NCBI GenBank assembly: GCA_028534125.1
Contig: CM052817.1
Span: 55,988,001-56,052,000, forward strand
DNA: 64,000 bases
Source: Lama glama
Taxonomy: Eukaryota
Direction of reading: 5' to 3'
Part shown: piece after piece, positions 54,048 through 64,000 of the stretch
Layout: each line of letters opens with the position of its first letter
Position numbering within the stretch: position 1 is the first letter of the stretch
The notes under the pieces: model-generated
The model's input: only the letters and a program-made list of their open reading frames with translations
What the model was told of the DNA's origin: nothing
Database searches by the model: none
Position numbers and translations under genes: made by a program

Positions 54048-54105
54048 TACTGTATGGATCATCACACCTACATGTGGGATTTTAACAACAAAACAAACAA
54101 CTCAC

Positions 54106-54195
54106 TGTGCTTGCAGAGGTTCAGGAACTTGAAGGATCCAGCCGGCTACCCAAGTTCCACTGGGAGGGAGAGGAAACGGAGAGCGACGGAGCGGT
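54106..54195 (-). pseudogene. Exon 1 (non-coding; 5' end approximate)
   Basis: Ends GCAAGCACA|gtgagt at 54106/54105; lies just downstream of the NRF1 site; TSS not determinable from sequence. Confidence 0.65.
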
Positions 54196-54520
54196 CTGCG
54201 CAGGCGCACAGCTCTGCAGGCCGTGGCGCCCGCTGCGCCAGGGATCCTGGGAGTGGCAGGGTTGGCTTGGACCCTCCCAGACCACATAGAAGATGCCCAG
54301 AGGTCAGATATTGAATCTATGCGACCTGGGTAATCCGGGGCCCTCGGTGGCTTCCTGAAGGCCGGGACGTAGGCCTGGAGATTAGTGGCAGTTCATTTCG
54401 GGGAGGCTGTGGGGCAGTACGGGGTGGGAGCTGGTCCTTTTGCTAAACTCCACAAACTCCAGCCTCGGGAGAGTGGGGAGACAATTCTTTAATCAGCATT
54501 ACCGCGGAGCAGCTACGAAT
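54140..54520. promoter_or_regulatory. Small CpG-rich promoter region
   Basis: Only GC/CpG-dense stretch in an otherwise CpG-depleted window (e.g. gagcgacggagcggtctgcgcaggcgcacag, ccgtggcgcccgctgcgcc); directly upstream of a minus-strand gtgagt donor. Confidence 0.8.
54197..54208. promoter_or_regulatory. NRF1 binding site
   Basis: TGCGCAGGCGCA matches the NRF1 consensus (TGCGCATGCGCA / TGCGCAGGCGCA) inside the CpG patch. Confidence 0.75.
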
Positions 54521-54699
54521 ACCAGTAAGTTACTAGCCCACCTTGGAGGTTTGTGTCTTAAATGGAAAGGAAGGCAGGTTTGCTTTTTTCCCCTAACTCC
54601 ACTGATAATGGGAACTTGAGCTTCACATTATATCCAGTATATACAAAATAAAGGAGCTACATTTTCAGGGAGGCGTGACTGGAGTGTATACCTTTTCAA

Positions 54700-55720
54700 T
54701 ATATTATATGAATGGACCAAAAGACTCTGTAGTGTTAAGATTGTAATTGTCCACAAATTGATACAGATTTAACTAAATCCCAATTAAAATCCTATTATGC
54801 TTTCATATAAATTATCAAATATATTCTAAGATGTATCTGCAACTGTAAGGGAAGCAGAATAGCCTAAACAATTAAAGTAAAAAGGACATAGTTAAAGGAC
54901 TTACTCTTCCTGATTCAAGGCTTACTGTACAAGTATAGTCACAAAAAGTGTAATATTGAAAATGGATAGACATATAGAAGAGTTAGACAAAATAGAGTTG
55001 AGAAATTAACATGCCCATATTAAATTAAACGATTTTTGCCAAAGATGCCAAAGTAATTCCATTGAAAAGTGAAAGTTTTTTCAGTAAATGATACTGGGGC
55101 ATTTAGAGAAGAAAAAGAAAAAAAAAGAAATGCTTAAAACTGAAACTTAAAATGAATCATGGAGCTACATGTAAGTGGTAATCTTTAAAGATAACAGAAT
55201 AATGCTTAGGAAATAACAAAAGTTTTGACTTTGAGTTAAGAAAGATTAAAATGAGGTACAAAAAGAATGAACTTTAAAACAAAGATAAACTAAATTTTAT
55301 CAATATTAAAAAGAGTTGATTTTCAAAAAAGTCTTAAGGAATTGAAAAGCCAAGCACAACTGTGAAACTATATTCACAAATATAAATGGGTAAAAAATGA
55401 TATCGAGAACATATAAAAAACACTTAAATTCAATAAAAAGGAGATCCACCCACCTGTATGAAAAAAGACTTGAAAACTTTAACAAAGGAGATATATAAGT
55501 GATAAATAAGTATATATAATTAAGTGATCAAAATGTTTAATAATTAGAGAAATTCCAATTGAAAAGGCAGTGAGATAGCAAAACACACCTGAAAATAGTT
55601 AAAATTAAAATACTGATAATACTAAGTGTAATAGAGGTTGCAGAGCAATTGGAATTCTCATAAACTGAAAAAAATTTATAAAACTTTTATACAATTGTAT
55701 AATTGTTGGGATTGACCATC
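54700..55720 (+). mobile_element. Old L1 ORF2 fragment
   Basis: aaattgatacagatttaactaaatcccaattaaaatcct...gatttttgccaaagatgccaaagtaattccattg. Confidence 0.75.
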
Positions 55721-56289
55721 TTCCTGATGTATGAGAATATATATCTGCAATATTTTAATAGTATCTCAAAGATATTCAAAGATAACTACATTTATCAATG
55801 GAAAATTGCATAGTACAGAAACAATTATATTGTACAAAACAATTCATTTCACAAAATAATAAGTCACTGCTGATAAATAAGGTCATTTATATATGTTAAT
55901 GGGATGTTTCAACTGCTATTTGAGAGAAATAGTGCCAAGTTATTTCCTCACACATTACAGCATATTATCAAGTATATTAAAGAGTAAAATAATAACAGAA
56001 AGGAGGAGGAAGATGAGGAGAACAAACAATAAAATCTAAAAGAAAATACAGGTAAATATTCAACCTTAAAATATAGAAAGACTTCTAATCATGCAATAGA
56101 TAAAGTCCAAAGAGAAAAAAATAAAAAGTATCCGACAACATATAATATATATTTGAGATCAGCTTCCCAAAATATTTTTAAAAGTAAAGCAAAAACTGGA
56201 GGAAAAAATATTTTGTCATGTGTGCCTAACTACTCCTTTAATAAAAAATACATACAGAAAGATGACTGTAAAATCCCCAAAAATGTGGA

Positions 56290-57890
56290 GGCTGAACAAC
56301 ATACTTCTGCATACTTCAGGCAATTCCTAACTTGAAGACTAATTGTATGCTGCAGTAATCAAGACATCGAGGTATTACAGAACAACAGACAAACAGATCA
56401 ACGGATCATTATAAAAAGCCTAGAAATAGACTCATATAAATATAGTCAACTGATATTGAACAAAGGAGCAGAGACTATGTAATGGGTCAAAGATAGCCTT
56501 TTCCACAAATGGTTTGAAACAAGTGGGCATCCACATTGCCAAAAAAAAAAAAAAAAGAATATAGAACCAGACTTTAAAAACTCACAAATATTACCACAAA
56601 GTGGATCACAGACCTAACTGTAAAATGTAAAACCATAAAACTCAGAACATAACATAGGAGAAAACCCACATGACCTTGGGTAGGGCAGTGCCTCTTTACA
56701 TACAACACCAAAGGCATGATAAACTGAACTTCATTAAAATCAAAAACTCCTGCTCTGTTAAAGACAATGTCAAGAGAATAAAAGACGAGCCATAGACTGG
56801 AAGTAAGTATTTGGAAAGGAAACAGTTGGTTAATAAAGGTTTATACAAAATATCCAAAATATACAAAGAATTCTTAAAACTTAACTGTAAGAAAATGTGC
56901 AATCCAATTCAAAAATAGATGAACTCCCTGAACAGACACATCATCGACAATATACAGAGGGCAAGCAAGCATATGATAAAACATTCAATATCATATATCA
57001 TTAGGGAATTACAGATTAAAACAGGATACCACTACACACCCATTAGAATTGCCAAGTGCAAAAGTGCTGACAACACAAAATGCTGGTGAGGTTGTGTACC
57101 AACAGGAACTGCCATTCACTGCTGGTAGAAATTAAAAATAAAACAACCACTTTGCAAGACAGTTTGGCAGTTTTTACAAAATTAAACAAACTTAACCATT
57201 TGATCCAACAATGACACTCCAATTGAACTGAAAACTTATGTCTACACAATAACCTGCACACAGATATTTTTTGAAGTTTTATAACTTTCACATTTCAAAT
57301 GCAGAAGCAACAAAGATGTTCTTCAGTAGATGAATGAATAAATAAATTGTGGTATATCCAGACAATAGAATATTATCCGTTACTAAAAATAAATGACCTA
57401 TCAAGCCATAAAAAGACATGGAGGAACTTTTAAGTGCATATTGCTAAGTGAAAGAAGCCAATCTGAAGAGTCTACATTGTATGATTCCAACTATATGACA
57501 TTCTGGAAAGGGCAACACTATGGGGACAGTAAAAAGATTAGCAGCTGCTAGGGTTTAGGAGGAAGGAGGGATGAATAAGCAGAGCACAAATGATTTTTTT
57601 CTGAAATTATTTTGTATGATACTTTAATGGTGAGTGCATGTCATGATTCATCTGGCAAAACCCATAGAATGTTCAACGCCAAGTGTGAACCCTAATGTAT
57701 ACATTGGACTTTGGGTGATTATGTGTCAGTATAAATTCTTTGATTGTAACGAATGTACCACTTTCGTGTGGTAGGTAATAATGGGAGAGACAGAGAGTGT
57801 GTTGGGGCAGAGGGTATATGCATACTCTCTATATTTTCCACTAATTTGTGCTGTGAACCTAAAGCTGCTCTATAAAACAAAATTTGTTAG
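56290..57890 (+). mobile_element. L1MC-like element (ORF2 end and 3'UTR) inserted into an older L1
   Basis: aaacccatagaatgttcaacgccaagtgtgaaccctaatgtatacattggactttgggtg, L1MC1/2-type tail. Confidence 0.85.
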
Positions 57891-58897
57891 TTAAATATAT
57901 ATTTATATATACACATATTTATATGTAGGATTATATCTTGATGAGTCTGGAAGAAACTGATTTTTAATAAGAACCCAAAAAGTGATGATTATCAAGGTAT
58001 AAGATCAATAATGGGACTAGAGTCAAGAAGTTTTTTTTTTTTAAAGACAGCACTACAGGAGATAAAATTTAAGTCACAGAATGGGAGAAGACATTTTAAT
58101 ACAGTTATTCAAAAAGGACTTGTGTCTAAACAACACAAAGTAATTTATAAACTACATAAAGTAATTTATAAATCATTAAGAGGGGTTAAAAGGTAGAAAA
58201 ACAACAACAACAATGAGGAAACTAAGAAGAAAATGGTTCAATGGCTTGAATAGACAACTCACAAAAAATAATAGTCAATAGCCAATGCATACATGAAAAG
58301 GTCCTCAACATCACTACCCTTCAGGGAAATGTAAATTAAACTATAATATGATACATCTACACATACATTAGCATAACTAACATAAAAATGTATAATTCCT
58401 AGGTAATTTGTAGGTCAGAGGAACAACCAGAGCACTCATACACTTCTGATAACAGCATAAATTTGAATCAACTTTTGAAAAACTGCTTTGAATTATCCAC
58501 TATGAACTAGTAATTTCTATCCTGGGCATATATGCAAAAGAAATGCTTAAATATATTCACTAAACTACATGTGCCATTATACTTCATAATAGCCAAAAAT
58601 TGGAAATTTCCAAAATGCTATTCAAGAACAAAATGCATAAGTAAATTGTGGAATCATCATATAATCAATAAAAGCAATGAAAATAAACAAATTATTGATG
58701 TATTTATGAATATCATACATTAATAAAAAAGCATAAAAGAATCTGATTTCTTTTATCTAAAATTAAAAATAAGGAAAATCTATTTGATAGTAGAGGTAAA
58801 AATAGTGGTTACCTTTGGGGAGGTTAGTGACTGGGAGAGGGATCAGGGGCACTTCTGGGATGCCAGTAATATAATATTCTGTGTTCGTGTCTCTGTG

Positions 58898-60021
58898 TGT
58901 TGCTGGTGATTAGGTTCTTGTCACAGAAAGAATTCAGAGATGAGACACAGAGGTGAACAAAGTAAAGTCGGGGATTTATTAAGGGATAGATAGTACACTC
59001 TTAAAGGGAGAGGGGGCAGGCTCAGGTGAGTAGCTCTGCTGAGTTTCTTTGGCAAGATAGTTAAACAGGGTTTAAAAATGAATGGCTGAACACTACTCAG
59101 CCATAAAAAAGAGTAAAATAATGCCATTTGCAGCAACATGGATGGGCCTGGAGATCTCATTCTAAGTGAAGTAAGCCAGAAAGAGAAAGAAAAATACCAT
59201 ATATCACTCATATGTGGAATCTAAAAAAAGAAAAAAAGAGGACACTAATGAACTCATCTATAAAACAGAAACAGACTCACAGACATAGTAAACAATCTTA
59301 ACAGTTATTGGGGGAAAGGGAGTGGGAAGGAATAAACTTGGGAATCTGAGATTTGCAAATGTTAACCACTATATATAAAAATAGGTTAAAAATCAAATTT
59401 CTTCTGTACAGCACAGGGAACTATATTCAATATCTTGTATTAACTGTTAATGAAAATAATATGAAAATGAATATATGTATATATATAGGCATGGCTGGGA
59501 CATTATGCTGTACACCAGAAACTGACACATTTCAAGTGACTATACTTCAATTAAAAAAAAAAAAAAAGAATGGGCAGAATAGTCACTGGGAAGGGAAGGG
59601 TTTGGGGTCATATTCCCTGATTTTCATTCCAACTGTGCCTTCCCGAAGGGAGGAGGGGTTTTTGTACTTATTGAGTCTGAATCAGAAGTGTAATGGTGTC
59701 AGTGCATGATGGGTACTTCTAATCTGCAAGGCTAATTTTATTACAATGAGGGCATAGTGAGCAAAAGAAAACATTTGGACACTGGAGATTCCTACCTTTT
59801 CCCACCTTTCTTTTTCAGCCTTCAGGCCACTTGTCACCCTAAAAAGTGTGATTTCTTATCAGTCCTGAGGTTCCTGCTTTTCTCTGTCTGCCTAAGGACC
59901 CCTGTTGTTTTAATGATGTATGGTTTCCTGCATTTGGCCAGTGCCCCTCCTTTTCTGCTCAGTTCCTGTCATTTGGCCTGGGTCCCCCTGTCTCATATTC
60001 AGCTGTCTGCCTGCTCTAACA
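58898..60021 (-). mobile_element. Solo ERV LTR (class I-like, 4-bp TSD TGTG)
   Basis: tgtg|tgttgctgg...gctctaaca|tgtg; TGTT/AACA termini; AATAAA on the minus strand at 58975-58980. Confidence 0.8.
59088..59568 (+). mobile_element. Young 5'-truncated L1 3' end with poly(A), inserted in the LTR
   Basis: actactcagccataaaaaagagtaaaataatgccatttgcagcaacatggatgg...acagcacagggaactatattcaatatcttgta...cttcaatt followed by a poly(A) run. Confidence 0.92.
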
Positions 60022-61699
60022 TGTGTGTGTCTATATGTATATTTTAATCTCAGTAATTTCACAGGTGTGTTCATGTCCGAAATGCATCAAGCTGTGATTT
60101 TATGATTTGTGTACTTATCTATATTCATGTTTTATAACAAAAATGATATCTGAACAACAAAACCCTGACTCATTGTAATACTAACAAACTATACAATAAG
60201 AGATTACAACAAAAATTTAAAATTCTTTGGAAAGCAAATAAACAATTAGAGTGTGTTCTGTGTAGGCTATAACACATACATTTTAAAAATCAAATCAATA
60301 AATTTCTCACCTTAAATTTCATATCACAGAGGTTTGAATACTTGTTTGGCACCTCTGAACTACATTTGATATTAACCAATTTAGGGAATAATAAAGCATA
60401 TAGAGGAAATAGAATTATTTTAGTAAGTATAAACTACTACTTTATAAAAATTAGTTTATGATTATGTTGCCCCCAAATAAGCATGGAATATATAGGCAAT
60501 CATAAACTCAGATATGATTGAAGGGTTTTTGTAAAAACTCTGAGGTTCTAAATCATGGTAAGCTCAACTTTTCCTGAATGTTAGAAGAATCAAATATTTA
60601 AAACTCCCCCAATTAGACTGTATCTACATTGAATCACCTTTAGATAGCAACACTTAGCATTTGATAATTCAAGGAAGTTGTTTTTTACCATTTCCACTTA
60701 CAAAATACTTGAGTATTATATAACTAAACTGCAATACTAGTATTTCATACAATATCTATGAATACATTTAGTCTGTTAGGTCTTGGGAAGTAAGGGTAAC
60801 AGTACTTTGACTGACTTTACTAACTAGACAGCATTTTGTGTTCTTACGTTATAGGGCAAACATAAATAACGCTTTTACTGGATTCTAAAACCAGATCTAC
60901 AATTTTCATTCTCCACCAGGCTTCAAAAGCATCCATTCAAATACTCAGTGCTTTTTTTGTGAGTTAAATATTTTCCTAATATTCATGAAATGAGCTTAAG
61001 TAGCATAAACTTAAATGCATAAATTAATTTGTGATTTATGAGAAGAACAAAACAGCAAATGTTTTCTAAATTAGGCCACCAGTCTCCAATGTAAACATAT
61101 TAGAATGCTGAAATAAAATCCATTTTATTCAGTGTAATGAAAAGGACATTGTCACTATATTTTGTGTACAACTTGTTATATCCTAAAAAAATAATTTCTA
61201 AGGATGCCATCTGAAAGATAGTAAATTTTGCTTCTAATTTTTTATTGCAATTAAGCATGTCCAGAAATACCAATTTTACTCAAAATAGGTTAGAAATTAT
61301 TGTAGCAAGATACAAGTATATATTTAGCAAAAGTTATCTCTGTTATTTGTTTGTTTGTTTATGAATGGGTGTTACTATCTATCACAAACACAGTAGTTAA
61401 TCTCTTTTGTATTAAAACTTCCTGAACAAAGGATAAAGGAACCCAGTATTTATGAAGTGTTTTGTATTTACCAGGCACTGGGATATACTTCACACAATTA
61501 TGTTGTTTATTCTAGATAACAATCTTGCAATGAGAAACTGATGTTCAGAATAAAAAAATACAATCTGAATATCAAGCAGCTAGGAATTGATAAAGTTAAG
61601 GTGTTTCACCACTGTCTCTCTGACTATAAATTTCACATTTTCCCCCAATATGTATGCCAATTTCCCATATTACACCTTCAGTATGCTAAAATGCATTCA

Positions 61700-63455
61700 T
61701 TTTAAAGTACTGGCATAAAGTTAGACAGCAGTACATTGGCCTAAGATAGACATTGAGATCAAAGGACCAGAAAGCAGAGTTCAGAAATAGATTCATGTAT
61801 ATAATTAACTGATATAAAAAAGTTGTCAATTCATGAGGAAAGAATTGTCTTCACAGCAAATAATGCTGAAAAAAAATTGGACATCCATAAGCAGTAAAAT
61901 GATTTGCTAACATCATAAAATATATCAAAATTAACCAGAGACCTGAAATAAGACCTAAAATTATAAAACTTCTAAAAGAAAAAGTAGGAGAAAATCTTTG
62001 GGATCGTGGGTTTGGGAGACAATTTCTTAGACGGGAAGTAGAAATTATGAAACATAAAACAGGTAAATCAAAATTCGCTAACATGAAAAATAAAGTTTCT
62101 TTCTTAAAAGGCAATCAAATAAGAAAAAAAAACACAAATTGGGAGAAAATATTGGCCAAACTTACAGATAATAAATTACTCTTTCTTGGTATATAAAGAA
62201 GTGTCACAACACTAACAGTAGATAAACAACCTAACAAAAAAATGGAAATATATAATTGTATGCACATCTTACCCAAGATAAACAAAAAGCCAATAAGCAT
62301 GTGATGCTTAACATCATTTGTTACTAGGAACATACAAATTAAAACCATGCTGTTACTTCTTCATATCTACTTTTAGTGAATACAAAACCAAACCAAATCA
62401 AAACAGAGACAATACCAAACAAATATCAGCCATGATTTGGAGCTACTAGAACACATACATTTATTATTTTTTAAAAATTGAATAAATTTGACATTTAATT
62501 TCATGTAAGTTTAAGATGTACAGTGTGTTATTTATACACTGTAATAAGATTGCTGATGTAGCAATATTTATCACATTACATAATTATACCACAATATTAT
62601 TGTTTATATTCATTATATTGTGCATGAGATCTCTAGTGCTTATTTACTACTTATTTCTTATACATTTCTGATGAGACTTCAAAATGGTACAGCTAGTTTG
62701 GAAAACAGTCTGGCAATTTGTTAAAATTAGAAATAATTCCATCCAGCAGTCTCAAAGTCCTTTTAACAGGAAGGAAAACATGATCACACAAAAATCTGAA
62801 TTTCATTGTTTATAGCAGCTTTATTCATACTAGACAAAAACTGGAATAGCCAAATGTCCACCAACTTGTCAGCAGATAATTGCCTTTAATAGAATGTAAC
62901 TTGTCAATAAAAAGGAACAAGCTACTGATATATGTATCAACTTGAAATAATCTCAAATGCTGAACATACAAAATTACATACTTTGTGATTCTATTTTATG
63001 ATTTTTTAAATGATAAAACTATAATGAAAAATAGCAGAACTGTGGATTAGTATAACTGTGGATGGCTTCTGTTTTTAATTCTGTGGATTGTGTTTAAACA
63101 ATTCAAAAGTATGTTCCTAATTTTGAGATACTGAGTGGTATTGCACAGTTGTCACTTTACTGAACGTGTACAACAGTCCCATGAAGTCTATAAGGCTTAC
63201 CCTTGTATAGCTTCCAGTGCTAGAATTAAAATTGATCTGTTATCACAAAGAAAAAAAAAGGATCTAAAGATATACAGATAAAAATGCCTGTAAATGAGCA
63301 TGAGGAAACCTCATGGGGTAAAAAAGACATTCTACATCATGAATGTCATGATGTTTATACAACTGTATACATTTATCAAAACTCATTTATTATATACTTG
63401 AAATTTGTAACTTTTGCTATATATAAAATTATGCCTCATTATTCCTGATTAAAAC
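61700..63455 (+). mobile_element. Old L1M ORF2 end and 3'UTR, with a ~200-bp reverse L1 3' fragment inserted at ~62463-62659
   Basis: L1 homology (aaaattataaaacttctaaaagaaaaagtaggagaaaatctttg; acatttatcaaaactcat); insert flanked by atacattt at 62455-62462 and 62660-62667. Confidence 0.8.
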
Positions 63456-63635
63456 AAATAAGGGTAAGGATGATTATTGCTCATAGCTAACTAAAAACAA
63501 TGTCACAAGAGGTTGGTTAAGATAAGTTCAACTTCCTACAGGGACTTGAATTTTTGGGAAGGTCGAAGTCACAGCGACAAGGAACAAAACCCAAGAATAG
63601 CTTCTCCTTTATGAATCAGTGACAGACATATTAAT

Positions 63636-63640
<5 letters not shown>

Positions 63641-63666
<26 letters not shown>
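63641..63666. repeat. (TA)13 microsatellite
   Basis: Read directly. Confidence 0.95.
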
Positions 63667-63672
<6 letters not shown>

Positions 63673-64000
63673 ACATACAAAGAAAGATAAATACAAACTA
63701 TTTTGAGTTTAAACAGAGATTTTTAAAAATTTGTCTAGTGTGATGTTTAAATAACTGGTGTTTATAAAATAACGGGGATAGGGAAATTTCTAGCCTAAGA
63801 AACTGTTGCTAAGAAGTTGTTTCAATACAAAAGAAAACTTCTAAAGTTTAAGAGGATATCACCAAAGCATAAGCCATTTCCTATAATTTTTAATCATATA
63901 TCCTACTCTATTCTGAGTAATGACAGCATATTTTCAATTACACTTCTGGTAGGGCTTCCTGTGACAATGCAATTAGAATATGGATATTCTACAAGATACT

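Larger units (their letters stand above)
349..54200 (-). pseudogene. Decayed multi-exon (unitary-type) gene or derived lncRNA, ~20 exons; putative ancestral product has a divergent kinesin-like N-terminal domain and an IQ-like tail
   Basis: Chain of GT-AG exons on the minus strand with mostly compatible phases: 108(0-0), 98(0-2), 53(2-1), 125(1-0), 171(0-0), 90(0-0), 103(frameshift), 30(0-0), 241(0-1), 104(1-0), 624(frameshift), 33(1-1), 183(1-1), 224(1-0), 188(0-2), 58(2-0), 98(0-2), last exon. Many in-frame stops. CpG promoter at the 5' end. The gene may continue left of the window. Confidence 0.72.
57920..60150 (+). mobile_element. Old L1M 3' region interrupted by an LTR
   Basis: ggcacttctgggatgccagtaat... 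continues after 60021 with cacaggtgtgttcatgtccgaaatgcatcaagctgtg. Confidence 0.75.

Noticed and set aside
54054..54314. Overlapping GC-rich ORFs at the CpG island
   Set aside because: Expected stop-codon scarcity in GC-rich promoter DNA; no protein signature

Overview
AT-rich mammalian genomic DNA, probably a cetartiodactyl and possibly a camelid. This is inferred from the style of a young L1 3' end and from my not recognising any Alu, B1, BovB/BovA, PRE or CAN SINEs. Much of the window is old L1, L2, MIR, MaLR/ERV LTR and Tigger sequence. No intact protein-coding gene is present, and the supplied ORFs are chance ORFs, L1 remnants or partial overlaps with decayed exons. The main signal is a minus-strand transcription unit of about 54 kb. 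It has a small CpG-rich promoter with a consensus NRF1 site (~54.2 kb), two probable 5'UTR exons and about 18 further GT-AG exons running to the window start. Their splice phases mostly chain into one reading frame (~870 codons) that carries many stops and a few frameshifts. By eye, the first ~340 codons follow the layout of a very divergent kinesin-motor-like domain lacking P-loop and switch motifs, and IQ-like motifs follow later. I cannot name the gene. Also present are a perfect 28-bp hairpin over the branch-point region of one exon, candidate plus-strand exons at the window start, and a three-level nested L1/LTR/L1 insertion. All exon and repeat calls were made by eye and need confirmation by alignment.
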